Notes: generated by a model not told the origin, from the letters alone. 64,000 bases of DNA from Patescibacteria group bacterium (GCA_016861085.1 BOKR01000001.1:67271-131270), one strand, 5' to 3'. Positions 9,326 through 19,981 are shown, counted from the stretch's first letter. Made by a program: numbers and translations.

Positions 9326-9357
9326 AAAATAACGCAACTTGATTGCGTTATTTTTTT
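9326..9357. terminator. Bidirectional intrinsic terminator
   Basis: aaaataacgcaa/ttgcgttatttt between convergent genes. Confidence 0.85.
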
Positions 9358-9360
9358 ATC

Positions 9361-10164
9361 TCAAATATCAAAATCAGAGTAAAAACCTCTTAACTCTTTT
9401 GGCATTAGAAGCGAAAGATTGTACATGAGTAAGTCGGCAATTTTTTGAGCCCGTTCAGTTTCTTCTCTTGGCAATAGCACGTCAAAAATAGTTACTAATT
9501 CTGCCAGAGATTCAGGTTTTCCAACAACAACCTGCGGTTTTTGTGAGTATTCTTTGTAGACGATTGCAATGGGAAGGTATTTTATATTTCGTGGTGCTAC
9601 TTTTTCTAATTTACCAATTCCAGGCCTGGCTCGTAGTATTGTTCCCGTTTCTTTATTTCTTTTTCCCTCTGGAGTGATGCCATATACTGAACGTGATCTG
9701 TTAAGTAAGCCACGTGTTTTCTTTTTGAGTTGCTTTATTAACGTTTCCCTAAGGTGCGGTGGGTAGCTTTCTAGGTCATCATGCTGGATGACAGGGACTG
9801 CTCTAATATTTAATAATCTAAGAGCACGAAGTAAAATGGCATTGATTGGGTCCCTAGAAAAGTCGTAATGCTTCATTCCAGCTGGGCCAAGGAACCGAAT
9901 TGCATTTGTGAGGTGAGAGAGAACTAAAGAAATTGCCACAGGGGCGTCTTTTGTTGAAGTATGGTTTAAGTACACAATAAGTGCCTCTTTTTTGAGTGTT
10001 TCATTTGCCAAGGTCAAGTTATGAAGACTCTGCTCAGAAAGGGGTTCAAACCCTTGTAATTCACTCACAATATTCCAAATAAATTCAGAGATTGGCGCAC
10101 GGGGAGAAGGTTTTTTCTCTGAGCTAACTCGTTCTGTAACCCCTAAAGATCTTCGCAGTGACAT
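9361..10164 (-). CDS. 1-acyl-glycerol-3-phosphate acyltransferase (PlsC-like) superfamily protein
   Basis: NHTSTKD (NHxxxxD), ITPEGKR, YLPIAI. Confidence 0.75.
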   Translation of the reverse strand: MSLRRSLGVTERVSSEKKPSPRAPISEFIWNIVSELQGFEPLSEQSLHNLTLANETLKKEALIVYLNHTSTKDAPVAISLVLSHLTNAIRFLGPAGMKHYDFSRDPINAILLRALRLLNIRAVPVIQHDDLESYPPHLRETLIKQLKKKTRGLLNRSRSVYGITPEGKRNKETGTILRARPGIGKLEKVAPRNIKYLPIAIVYKEYSQKPQVVVGKPESLAELVTIFDVLLPREETERAQKIADLLMYNLSLLMPKELRGFYSDFDI

Positions 10165-10173
10165 GCTAGCTTT

Positions 10174-11127
10174 CTAAGTAGTATATATCGAATTTTTAAC
10201 GTCGCTCCAATTACCCGGATTTTTTCCTTCGATATGAACTGTTTTTAAAATGAGTATTCCATTTTGTAGTTCAGATTCTAGTACTTTCATTCGTTTTTCT
10301 CCTTGGGTCGTTGGCACAATAGTCCATAAAACTGGCCAAGGAGAGAAGGCTTTTACTGCTCTATCAAGGGTGAGAGGGAAGAGGCCATTCGCCTTGTAAG
10401 CTTGTTGCAATAGTTCAGAAAGCACCCCAATATCGGTTGGGCGAAGTCCCTGTTGAGCCATTTGTATATGTTTCCATGGGACAAAGGCTTGTTCCTTGCT
10501 AATTTGTTTCGCTATGATTGTGGGGGAACTTTCTGGCTGTGGGACGACCTTATCTGGATTTTGCGCAAATTGAGCAACTTTTTGACTCAAGTTCTTGCAC
10601 ATGAGTTCAAATGCGTGCTGATAATATTCTTCTTGATTCCAAGTTGGGTCAACAGCAAAAAAATCCTGATGAATGATGGGTCCATGATCAAGTTTCTCAT
10701 CCATAACCATAAGCGTAACGGCAGAATTTTTTTCGTTAAAGAGTATCGCAAATTGCCCTGGAGAGCTTCCGCGCCATTTTGGTAACTGTGAGGGATGAAT
10801 GTTAAGAGGAGCAATCTTTGGCAATTGGAGCAGCCAGTTTGGGATGATATAGCCAAAGTCAACTACAAGCAATAAATCAGGGTGAGGTAAAAGTGCAATT
10901 TTTTCTTGAATACTAGAATCCAATTTTTTTTCTACGTATACAACCGGAATATTTTTTTCTTGAGCAAACAAATCCATTGGGTTGGGAGAAATCACTTGCT
11001 TTCTTCCAACTGGTTTTGCAATTGGGGTAAGAATCCAAACAATTTCAAATAGATTGCTTTTAAGTAAGGCTTCAGCACACTGCAGAGTTCGCTTTGTTGT
11101 TCCAGCAATAGCGATAGTATATTTCAT
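10174..11127 (-). CDS. fmt: Methionyl-tRNA formyltransferase
   Basis: VVDFGYIIP, NIHPSQLPKWRGSSP, DEKLDHGPI; adjacent to def. Confidence 0.93.
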   Translation of the reverse strand: MKYTIAIAGTTKRTLQCAEALLKSNLFEIVWILTPIAKPVGRKQVISPNPMDLFAQEKNIPVVYVEKKLDSSIQEKIALLPHPDLLLVVDFGYIIPNWLLQLPKIAPLNIHPSQLPKWRGSSPGQFAILFNEKNSAVTLMVMDEKLDHGPIIHQDFFAVDPTWNQEEYYQHAFELMCKNLSQKVAQFAQNPDKVVPQPESSPTIIAKQISKEQAFVPWKHIQMAQQGLRPTDIGVLSELLQQAYKANGLFPLTLDRAVKAFSPWPVLWTIVPTTQGEKRMKVLESELQNGILILKTVHIEGKNPGNWSDVKNSIYTT

Positions 11128-11129
11128 GA

Positions 11130-11678
11130 TTAAAATAATTTCAGGAGCTCATGATCAACTTCTTGAAATTTATCTTTCATATATTCTTTATAGACTGGTA
11201 GATCAAATTCTAGAGCATAATCGGTGAATAAAATGCCATCTAAATGATCGAGTTCATGTTGAAAAACTCTGGCTTCGAAAGCCTCAAATCGGGCAGACTG
11301 GTTGACAAGTTTCCCATTTTCTAAAATTTGAAACTCTGCATCAATCCACTCCCATCTTGGTACAGGTCCGTAAAGCTCTGGCATGGAAAGGCAGCCTTCC
11401 ATAATTGGATCTTCAGGGTCTGGGCCAAATGTTTTGTTTTTACTTGTTTTGACTATTCTGGGGTTAATGTATGACTGCAAAGCTGAAACATTGAGACAAA
11501 AGAGGCGGAGAGCAGTATTGATTTGTGGTGCAGCTAATCCAACCCCACGAGGATTTCTTTTTTTATGTAGAGTCTCTTGCAGATCAGCGACAAGTGAAAC
11601 CAGTTTCTTATCTACAATAGTCACGGGTTTGGCGACTTTTCTGAGTGTTTCGTGTGGGATTTCAATTATTTTTTTCAC
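11130..11678 (-). CDS. def: Peptide deformylase
   Basis: GVGLAAPQ, EGCLS, QHELDHLDG. Confidence 0.96.
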   Translation of the reverse strand: MKKIIEIPHETLRKVAKPVTIVDKKLVSLVADLQETLHKKRNPRGVGLAAPQINTALRLFCLNVSALQSYINPRIVKTSKNKTFGPDPEDPIMEGCLSMPELYGPVPRWEWIDAEFQILENGKLVNQSARFEAFEARVFQHELDHLDGILFTDYALEFDLPVYKEYMKDKFQEVDHELLKLF

Positions 11679-11693
11679 CTGATTATTATAGCA

Positions 11694-13847
11694 TTACTTC
11701 TGGTTGTCTAAGTTTTTTTTCAGTGACTCAATCTTTTTTATTAGTTCTTCATTTCCTGGGGTGATATTTTTGAGAATATATTCGAGTGGTTGCAGTGCTT
11801 CTGCATACTTTTCTTGTGACTCGTAAATTTCGCTCACTTTCCAAAGGGCGCGTTCATAATTCGGTTTCAGTTCTAAGGCTTGTTGATAGAGTTCCATGGC
11901 TGTTTGAGTGTTTCCATCTGTGTGTTCAATAACAGCCAGAGTATACACAAGTTTTGGGTCGGTGGGAGCTAATTTCATGGCTTCTAGCAATGTCAATTTT
12001 GCTTCATCTATAAATCGTTCATCTAATTGAGAAAGTGTCACCATGATCCGGGCTCTTGTTTTATAAAAGTTTAGATGGCGATCATTTAATTCTAATGTTT
12101 TATTACTAGCGGCTACAGTTTCGTTAGCAATTTGAGCTGCTGCTGTTGCCTCGTTAATTGTTGCAAAATGTGCTGCCAATTTAGCGTAATTATCTCCTAA
12201 AGTGTCATAAAATAGTGCTTCTTTGGGAGAGCGAGCAATCGCCTCAAGTTGTTTTTGAATCCCATATTCATATTGCCCTGCAGAAAAGTAATTTTTTCCT
12301 TCAGCATAGGCTTTATCTGCCGCCCAGTAGTTGTACGTTTTGAAAAGCAGGAACAAGGCAATAACGGCAACCAGAGTTATGCCAAAATATTGAGAACCAT
12401 CAACAATAGTTAGTTTTTTGCCCTTTGTATTAGCACTCATTTTTTCATCAACTTCGTTTGCATATACAACACAGGTGATTGCAAAGAAAATGTACATCAA
12501 TACGTTAACCCCCACAGTAGAGAAACCAAAAAAGTTAGAAATAAATAATGCAACCTGACCAGAGAAGAGCGCTAGCACTATCAGTTTTTCTGTTTGTGTA
12601 TATTTTGGTGAGAAAAAAATTCGAATGGTGATAAGAGTTAAAACGAAGTAGACACTTAAGTAGGTGAGGATCCCGATAGTGCCAGTATTTGCCATGATAT
12701 TGAGGAGTTCATTGTGGGCTTTATTGTATAAGAAATCCCACTCCGAAACGTCATTATGCTCGCGAATTCTATCTTGATAGTAGCTATACGCAAAAGTTTC
12801 AACACCTGATCCGATGATCGGATATCGCTGCCAGACCTTTAACGCGCCGGTCCAGACAATTTTTCGAATCTCTCCAGAATCAGTTCCACCACCTTCAAGT
12901 CGGTCAACAGCGATTTCCGTATTTTGTTCTATGACTGCAGGTTGAGTATCTCTCTGATTTCTTAGAATATCAAAAATACTTGGAGTTAAGCCCGTACCAT
13001 TTATGAGAGCAATTGCAAAAACTGCAACTATAACACCAACAGCTGTTGGGAGATGAATTTTTTTCCAAAAAGAGTTTCTATTTTTTCCAAAAAGGATTAC
13101 TGTGCCTGTTAGAAACGTAATAGCTCCACCTGCCAAACCAACAATACCAGATCTCGATCTCGTATAGAGTAAAACAAGGAACAAGGCAAGCAAAGTACAA
13201 ATAAACAATACCCGGCGAGCTATAGACAGGTTTTTTTGGGTTGCTGCGACAAGTGAAATCGGCAACAGCGTGATGACATAAGCAGCAAGCCAGTTAGGTT
13301 GGCCAAAGGTAGCATAGACTCTTGATTGTACATCTTGAACCCAGCAATCAACGCCAAAAGACCTATTTCCAGGAACAAATAGACAGCTAATTGAGTGCCC
13401 AAAATGCTCAAGGATTCCGTATATAGAGACTATTAGGCCAGAAACAAACGCGCTTAGAAAAAATCCGCCTATATCTTTTTTCTTTACATTACTCACAAAC
13501 GCATAGAATAGAACCACATAGGCAATAGTTGAAAGGAATCCACCGTTAAATCTTGAGTAGTACCCAAATAACGAGGTATACGGATGAATTGAGAAGATCG
13601 TAGAAACTAACTGGGAAAAGACAAAGAAGGCAACTGGATAGTCAAGCGGCGTCCGTTTCAAGATGACTTTCTTTTCAAAAATCATTCTTACTATCCATAG
13701 AAAGCTAATACAGATAGTCAAAGCGTACACCAATATCATTTTATTGAACTCGAAGAGCTCTTCGTTTTCAAACCGAAAATAAAGTGGAACACTCAATATC
13801 AACAGATTAAAGAAACTGACGATAAGAAACTGAGGTGTAATTTTCAT
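11694..13847 (-). CDS. O-antigen ligase/Wzy_C family membrane protein with C-terminal TPRs
   Basis: Many TM helices, ATFGQPNWLAAY, TRSRSG, AHNELL; TPR-like helices at C-terminus. Confidence 0.85.
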   Translation of the reverse strand: MKITPQFLIVSFFNLLILSVPLYFRFENEELFEFNKMILVYALTICISFLWIVRMIFEKKVILKRTPLDYPVAFFVFSQLVSTIFSIHPYTSLFGYYSRFNGGFLSTIAYVVLFYAFVSNVKKKDIGGFFLSAFVSGLIVSIYGILEHFGHSISCLFVPGNRSFGVDCWVQDVQSRVYATFGQPNWLAAYVITLLPISLVAATQKNLSIARRVLFICTLLALFLVLLYTRSRSGIVGLAGGAITFLTGTVILFGKNRNSFWKKIHLPTAVGVIVAVFAIALINGTGLTPSIFDILRNQRDTQPAVIEQNTEIAVDRLEGGGTDSGEIRKIVWTGALKVWQRYPIIGSGVETFAYSYYQDRIREHNDVSEWDFLYNKAHNELLNIMANTGTIGILTYLSVYFVLTLITIRIFFSPKYTQTEKLIVLALFSGQVALFISNFFGFSTVGVNVLMYIFFAITCVVYANEVDEKMSANTKGKKLTIVDGSQYFGITLVAVIALFLLFKTYNYWAADKAYAEGKNYFSAGQYEYGIQKQLEAIARSPKEALFYDTLGDNYAKLAAHFATINEATAAAQIANETVAASNKTLELNDRHLNFYKTRARIMVTLSQLDERFIDEAKLTLLEAMKLAPTDPKLVYTLAVIEHTDGNTQTAMELYQQALELKPNYERALWKVSEIYESQEKYAEALQPLEYILKNITPGNEELIKKIESLKKNLDNQK

Positions 13848-13961
13848 ACTGATAGTATATAGAGTAACCTACTTTTTAATATTTTCAAAATCAATTAAAA
13901 ACTGCTATAGTGGTTGGAAGAGCAAATTTCTTGCTTAGTTTTGTTAGTAACAAAGGAAAAC

Positions 13962-14639
13962 ATGAACGATCAAACTGCCCAAGACCCGACACAACAAACA
14001 ACTTCGTATGTTGATGACTATGTACCACCAACTGATGATAGCAACTTGACAGAAATTCCGTTGGAAGATGCAACGCCAACAACTGTTCCAGTGGTAGCTT
14101 CTGACGACACTGACGATGAAGACGATGATAATGCCATGGAGGATGTACTCTCTGATGAAGACTTTGAAGGTGATACTGATGTGAAGTCAGATGAAGATAT
14201 TGAGGCTCAGAATATATTTGTGATGTTAGGTGTTGATGAAGGCGATGAGGCCTTAAAAGAGAAATTTTTAGATCAATTGCAAGAAGTCATTTGGGATGAT
14301 TTTCTTAAAAATGATGTTGAGTTGTTGCTTACTCAAGATGAACTTACAGCGTTTAACACACACAAAGAAAAGGTTGATTCATCTCAAGGAGAGGCTCAAG
14401 AAAAAGCTAAAGATGAAATGGTCGAATATCTTGAAAAACTGATCCCAGACTTAGAAGATATCATGCTTGAGAAAGCACTTGATCTAAAAGCTGATTTATT
14501 TGTCGAGAGAATCAACGGCATGAAAGAGTATTTCACCGAAAAACCTGAACAACTAGCCTTAGTGAATGAAGCTGAGCAGCTGATGTATGAAGACAAGTGG
14601 AAATCTGCTGCTGCTATATTAAACGGTATCAAAGAATAA
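13962..14639 (+). CDS. Acidic hypothetical protein
   Basis: ATG at 13962 after AAAGGA; D/E-rich N-terminus and helical C-terminus. Confidence 0.7.
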   Translation: MNDQTAQDPTQQTTSYVDDYVPPTDDSNLTEIPLEDATPTTVPVVASDDTDDEDDDNAMEDVLSDEDFEGDTDVKSDEDIEAQNIFVMLGVDEGDEALKEKFLDQLQEVIWDDFLKNDVELLLTQDELTAFNTHKEKVDSSQGEAQEKAKDEMVEYLEKLIPDLEDIMLEKALDLKADLFVERINGMKEYFTEKPEQLALVNEAEQLMYEDKWKSAAAILNGIKE

Positions 14640-14661
14640 AAAGATACTATATACTAGCCCC

Positions 14662-15672
14662 ATGAATGTTTTTGGAGTCATTTCATCGATAGCTGGTCCT
14701 TTACTGTCCAAAACAGAACCTTTACTCATAGATCTCGGATCAGCATTTACTCGAGTGTATCTTGGAGAAACACAGCTCTACAATGAACCTACTTGTTTAG
14801 CAGTTCACACCAGTTCTCAGTCAGTTATTGCGTTTGGCGAAAGAGCACTTAAGTTATTAGGTAAAACTCCAAATTCTGTTGAAGTTTGTTTTCCTGTTTT
14901 ACAGGGAGAAATTGCACATACTCAGTATTTAGAGTACTACCTTACTGCACTTTTAAACAAAGTCTTGCCACAAATGCAGTTAAAACGTCACATCCTTGGT
15001 TTGTCTGCAAAAGTTGCAATACCTAGCTCGTTATCTCCTGCAAAAAAGACATTACTTGGTCAGGTGATGAAATCAGTTGGATTTACTAAAGTTGAGTACA
15101 TTGAAAGTGGGTTTGTAGTCGCAAAACATATTGCTGCAAAAGATTCAAAACTTAAGGACATTTGTGTTCTTGATATTGGCGCACAGAAAGCAGAGATTTC
15201 TATTTTTTCAGTTGGAGAACTTGCCTTTAATCAGTCGTATAGCTGGGGTGGAATATATTTGACAGAAGAGCTTCAAAGAATCGTCAGATCAAAACACCAT
15301 TGTGTTGTGGGTTGGCATATTGCTGAGGATGCTAAAAAAGAAATAGGTAGTGTCATAACTAACAAAGAGAAAGTAGCAATCAGAGGAAAAGATTTGGTAA
15401 CACAAGCAGGCAAAACGGTCATTGTTGATACCACTGATATTAAAGCCGAATTTTCAAAATTACTTGGTGAGTTGCTTGATAATATTCAGCAGTTTATCTC
15501 TTTACTACCATCAGAAGTTGCTGTGTCTGTACTAGATAAAGGGATTTATATTACAGGCGGAACAAGTCAACTAAAAGGGATTGATCAAGCGATAATTGAA
15601 AAATTTAAATGTGATGTTCTGGTCTCAACTAATCCGGAAAAAGATGTGATCATTGGGTTACAAAACCTGTGA
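14662..15672 (+). CDS. mreB: Rod shape-determining actin homolog MreB (divergent)
   Basis: IDLGS, NEPT, DIG, IRGKDL, GIYITGG; first gene of an mreC-mreD-pbp2 operon. Confidence 0.8.
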   Translation: MNVFGVISSIAGPLLSKTEPLLIDLGSAFTRVYLGETQLYNEPTCLAVHTSSQSVIAFGERALKLLGKTPNSVEVCFPVLQGEIAHTQYLEYYLTALLNKVLPQMQLKRHILGLSAKVAIPSSLSPAKKTLLGQVMKSVGFTKVEYIESGFVVAKHIAAKDSKLKDICVLDIGAQKAEISIFSVGELAFNQSYSWGGIYLTEELQRIVRSKHHCVVGWHIAEDAKKEIGSVITNKEKVAIRGKDLVTQAGKTVIVDTTDIKAEFSKLLGELLDNIQQFISLLPSEVAVSVLDKGIYITGGTSQLKGIDQAIIEKFKCDVLVSTNPEKDVIIGLQNL

Positions 15673-16430
15673 ATATGAAAAAAGACCTTGTGACTATTGC
15701 TATGATTGTTTTTCTAAGCATGCTTTTTGAGTTTGTTGGCTGGTTTGACCCCGTAAGAATACTTGGAGAGAGGATCGCAGTTCCGGTTACGACAGTATCT
15801 ACAAAAATAGTAGAAAAATTATTGTTACCATATAGTGCGCTTGAGTTTAGCTTGACCAAGTCAAAGTATCTTAAGCAGCTTGAGGCAAATTACGCAAAAG
15901 CTTTAGCTAATTTAGCAGAAGTAGACGCACTACGAGCGGAAAATGAAGAATTAAAAACATTGTTAGGGGCCAGTGATAGAAAGTTAGACAAAAAAATTAT
16001 TATTGGTGCTCCGATTGTTTCTTTAGCATTTCCAGCAGTTGGCGTTGGCTCAGTTGATGGCGTGCAAGAGAAGGATATGGTGCTGATTCACGGTACGTTA
16101 GTTGGGACAATTGATCAAGTGACGGAGTATCAATCAAAAGTCTCTTTATTGAGTTCAAGAAGAAAGACAAGAATATTGGCCAGGACAGAATCAGGTGTAG
16201 AAGGAGTTATTGATGGGGACGGAAAAAACGTACTATTGACTCATATTCCTAGATCAACTCCAGTACAAGAAGGCGAACGGGTAGTTACAGTGGGTCAAGA
16301 GGGGATTGAGAGAAACATTTTTATTGGTACAGTTCAAAAAGCTATCAGTGAACCTTCCGATGCAACTCAGACGTTTCTTATTTCACAAATTGTATCATTC
16401 TATAGTTCGATATTAGTGGAGGTGCAGTAA
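15669..16430 (+). CDS. mreC: Rod shape-determining protein MreC
   Basis: TM helix, coiled coil (LRAENEELKTLL), beta domain GS.DGV...LVG. Confidence 0.85.
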   Translation: MNMKKDLVTIAMIVFLSMLFEFVGWFDPVRILGERIAVPVTTVSTKIVEKLLLPYSALEFSLTKSKYLKQLEANYAKALANLAEVDALRAENEELKTLLGASDRKLDKKIIIGAPIVSLAFPAVGVGSVDGVQEKDMVLIHGTLVGTIDQVTEYQSKVSLLSSRRKTRILARTESGVEGVIDGDGKNVLLTHIPRSTPVQEGERVVTVGQEGIERNIFIGTVQKAISEPSDATQTFLISQIVSFYSSILVEVQ

Positions 16431-16888
16431 TGTCATTGATATTGAGGTTTCTTGAACTATTGATTAGACTGGCAGCACTATTTTTCATAGTGGCATTTGA
16501 AAGAGTAATTGGTTTACCAATTTTTTTACTTACTTTTTCTATGACAACCATATTTACCTCACGATCAGTAAATAAGTTTATTTTTTTCATCTTTGCATCT
16601 TTTGCTTTGGCCATTTTTTATCAACAGTCATTTGCGTTATCGTTCCTAATCTTCACCTTTTTTTATCTCGGATTTATTTTTGGTGGACACCTAATAGAAT
16701 CAAACTTTAATAGATTTATGCTTCTGCTTTTCGTGAGTGCCATTATAGTTATGGTTAGCTCTGGGGTCTCAGTTTCATTTTGGATTATTGTTCAACTCAT
16801 TTTTGGTTTGTTAGGTTCAGCTGTGTTTTTATTGAAGTATTTTCTTGTGAAATATGGATTTATTGGGAAAAGGTTTGTCCATTCATGA
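16430..16888 (+). CDS. Putative MreD-like membrane protein
   Basis: Highly hydrophobic 152 aa protein between mreC and pbp2. Confidence 0.55.
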   Translation: MSLILRFLELLIRLAALFFIVAFERVIGLPIFLLTFSMTTIFTSRSVNKFIFFIFASFALAIFYQQSFALSFLIFTFFYLGFIFGGHLIESNFNRFMLLLFVSAIIVMVSSGVSVSFWIIVQLIFGLLGSAVFLLKYFLVKYGFIGKRFVHS

Positions 16889-18795
16889 AACAAAAATTTG
16901 TATATGCTGTTGTAGCGTTTATATTTAGCGGTTTACTATTTAGACTGATTGACACACAGATTTTTCAAGGGAAGGTATTCGCTGACTTAGCTGATAGGAA
17001 CAGAACATATACAGTTTTTGAGCCTGAACAAAGGGGTGTGTTTTTAGATCGGTATGACCAGCCTTTGGTTTTCAATAAACCAGTTTATTTTAAACTTGAT
17101 TCTTCAGAGAGTTTATATAGCGAAAAAACTAGGATAGATAGAGATGAAGCTTTGGAGATAATGACATATAATCCAGATCTGATTCGAATGGATTATGAAC
17201 GTGAATACAGGTATCCACAGGCACTGGCACATATACTTGGCTATGTTGGTAGGGTAACAGCGGATGATTTGTTGGCTGATAGTAGTTTGAGGATTAGCGA
17301 CAAAATTGGAAAAATGGGTTTAGAGTTACAGCTTCAAGACTACTTGCAAGGAATGTCAGGATTTAAGAAATTTGAGATCAATGCGATGGGAGTGAAACAA
17401 CATCTAATCGCTGAAGAACCAGGGAAATCGGGGAACTCTGTTTCAACTACCCTTGATCCTTTTCTTTCTCAGGCAGCCTTAGCAGCAATGGGTGATAAGC
17501 TGGGAAGCGTAGTTATTTTGGATGGTGAAACAGGTGAGGTATTGGCCTTAGTGAGTACCCCAACTTTTGATGTCAGCTATTTGAGTGAAACAACTTCTAG
17601 TCAGAACACAGAGTTGGAACGGGTTAAAACTGTTCAATCATTCTTTTCTCATCCTCAAAAACTTTTTTTTAATCGCAGTATTAGTGGGGCATATCCACCA
17701 GGTTCAGTATTTAAATTGATTACTGCTCTCTCAGGACTAGAAAATCAAAAAATAACCAAAGATACAACAGTTTTGGACGAAGGAGTACTTAAAGTTGGTG
17801 AATACTCATATGCAAACTGGTATTTCACTCAATTTGGTAGAAAAGAGGGAGATATATCTTTGCAACGGGCTATTTCAAGGAGTAATGATATTTATTTTTA
17901 CAAAGTTGCTGAGTGGGTTGGCCCAGAAAAAATTAAAGAGATGGCAGAACTATTTGGACTTGGAAAGAAAACTGGTTTACAGATAGGGTCAGAAATTGAA
18001 GGGTTACTTCCTGATCCTGAGTGGAAGCAGCAGGTCTTAGGGGAACGTTGGTTTCTGGGAAATACATATCACTTTGGAATAGGGCAGGGAGATTTATTGG
18101 TTTCGCCAATCCAGGTTGCCCAGATGATACAGGCAATAACAAATAAAGGTACTCTTTGTACGCCATCTGTACTGTCTAGTAACTTTCAAACTGGGTATTC
18201 GCAGACAGGTCGTTGTGGTGAAGTTGGGGTTATGCAAGAAAACCTAGAGTTGATCATAAAAGGTATGCTTGATGCTTGTAGTAGCGGTGGAACTGGTTTT
18301 CCGTTTTTTCCATACAATTCACAGGTTAGAAATACTCAGTTAAGTGCATATGAAGAAATTGATGCTGGTGCAGTTGCTTGTAAGACCGGCACATCGGAAT
18401 TTGGAGCCTCAGATGCAAGAGGGTATCGAAAGACACATGGTTGGTTTGTTGCCAGTTTTGGGACAACTCAGCTGATTGAGAAAGTGAAAGCAAAGGAGAG
18501 CTATTTAACAGCTTCATCTGGAGTAGTGACAGACTCAGATACAGCTACACAAAGCGCTGAACTATTTGAAGATAAAACAAATAAAGAACTTTGGACAAAG
18601 AATATTATTCAGCATGGGTTTCCTAAAAAGCTAGTAATAGTTGCTCTGGTTGAGAGTGATGAGGTCAATCCTTATAGAGAAGGTTCAAAAGATGCTGGCC
18701 CAGTGGTGAAAGAGATTTTTGATTGGATGTTTGCTGACGTTGTGAGTAGTCTGAGTGAAGAGATTGAAGTGATTCCTGATTACTCGAGAGAATGA
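16885..18795 (+). CDS. mrdA: Penicillin-binding protein 2 (class B transpeptidase)
   Basis: RGVFLDR, GSVFK (SxxK), SND, KTGT; ATG at 16885 overlaps the upstream stop. Confidence 0.9.
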   Translation: MKQKFVYAVVAFIFSGLLFRLIDTQIFQGKVFADLADRNRTYTVFEPEQRGVFLDRYDQPLVFNKPVYFKLDSSESLYSEKTRIDRDEALEIMTYNPDLIRMDYEREYRYPQALAHILGYVGRVTADDLLADSSLRISDKIGKMGLELQLQDYLQGMSGFKKFEINAMGVKQHLIAEEPGKSGNSVSTTLDPFLSQAALAAMGDKLGSVVILDGETGEVLALVSTPTFDVSYLSETTSSQNTELERVKTVQSFFSHPQKLFFNRSISGAYPPGSVFKLITALSGLENQKITKDTTVLDEGVLKVGEYSYANWYFTQFGRKEGDISLQRAISRSNDIYFYKVAEWVGPEKIKEMAELFGLGKKTGLQIGSEIEGLLPDPEWKQQVLGERWFLGNTYHFGIGQGDLLVSPIQVAQMIQAITNKGTLCTPSVLSSNFQTGYSQTGRCGEVGVMQENLELIIKGMLDACSSGGTGFPFFPYNSQVRNTQLSAYEEIDAGAVACKTGTSEFGASDARGYRKTHGWFVASFGTTQLIEKVKAKESYLTASSGVVTDSDTATQSAELFEDKTNKELWTKNIIQHGFPKKLVIVALVESDEVNPYREGSKDAGPVVKEIFDWMFADVVSSLSEEIEVIPDYSRE

Positions 18796-18835
18796 TGTCA
18801 GCGTTTTGTAAGATAGGACCTCTATACTTCTTGAC

Positions 18836-19972
18836 ATGGTGGTGGATTTCCTTGAACTATTACGCTTTCAGTTTTCAGAACATGACAAGTCTTTTTTGTT
18901 ACAGCTTCTCCTGGTTCCAAGGTTGGGAAGAAAAACTGCTGCAATGATTCTTTTATACCTAAAAAAACACAAAAGTAATGAATGTGATTTTTGGGTATCT
19001 TTAGAAGATTACTTTCAAGAATTAGGAATAAAGAAAAGTGTTGCTGAAAGAATCAATAAGAATTTATTAGAGCAAAATTATTATACGTTGTTAAATCAAA
19101 TTGAGAGATTAAATATTCGGGTCATCACTTTTTGGGAAAAGGACTATCCTAAGCACTTGCTAAATACTGCTGATTTTCCGTTACTCTTATTCACTCGAGG
19201 GGAAGTATCACTACTGCAAAGCAAAGCTATTGCTGTTGTTGGCACACGAAAAATGACTTCATATGGCGAAATGGTAACAAGAAAATTGGTGGAAGAGTTA
19301 GTTGATTTTGGTTACACTATTGTCTCAGGATGTATGTATGGGGTTGATGAGGTCGCCCATCGTGAAGCTATTCGTTCTAGGGGTAAAACGATTGCTGTTT
19401 TGGGGTATGGTTTGGCTGTTTTGTCGCCACAACAAACGTTACAGGATCTAGTTATTGCGAATGGTGGTTGTGCTGTAACGGAATATCTTCCATCTGTTAG
19501 TGCCAACAAAGGCACGTTTCCCGAAAGAAACAGGATTGTGGCAGGATTAAGTAGTGGAGTTTTGGTGACAGAGGCTGCACTAAAGAGTGGTACACATATT
19601 ACTGTTGACTTCGCGCTTGAAGCAGGCAGAGAGATTTTTGCAATCCCTGGCAGTATTCTTAATCCTTACACAGAAGGAACAAAATACTTACTAAACCAAG
19701 GGGCCACGTTGGTGAGTTCAGGGGCAGATATAGTTGCAGAATTAGAAAAAGCAGTTACAATACCAAATTCTGCTCGACGGCCTTTTGCTGAACCACAGCT
19801 TGATGAAACAGCAAAAAAGATAGTTTCAAAGTTGCACTATATGCCGCTAAGTACAGACGAATTAGTCAAAGAAACAAATCTAACTATTCAAGAGTTACTT
19901 ACTGCGCTGGGTATGTTAGAGTTAGAAAATATAGTAGAAAATAAAGCCGGCTTGTGGCGGTGTATGGTATAG
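18836..19972 (+). CDS. dprA: DNA-processing protein DprA
   Basis: AVVGTR, VSGCMYGVD, FPERNRIVAGLS, C-terminal wHTH; upstream of topA. Confidence 0.95.
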   Translation: MVVDFLELLRFQFSEHDKSFLLQLLLVPRLGRKTAAMILLYLKKHKSNECDFWVSLEDYFQELGIKKSVAERINKNLLEQNYYTLLNQIERLNIRVITFWEKDYPKHLLNTADFPLLLFTRGEVSLLQSKAIAVVGTRKMTSYGEMVTRKLVEELVDFGYTIVSGCMYGVDEVAHREAIRSRGKTIAVLGYGLAVLSPQQTLQDLVIANGGCAVTEYLPSVSANKGTFPERNRIVAGLSSGVLVTEAALKSGTHITVDFALEAGREIFAIPGSILNPYTEGTKYLLNQGATLVSSGADIVAELEKAVTIPNSARRPFAEPQLDETAKKIVSKLHYMPLSTDELVKETNLTIQELLTALGMLELENIVENKAGLWRCMV

Positions 19973-19981
19973 TAGTGTCTT

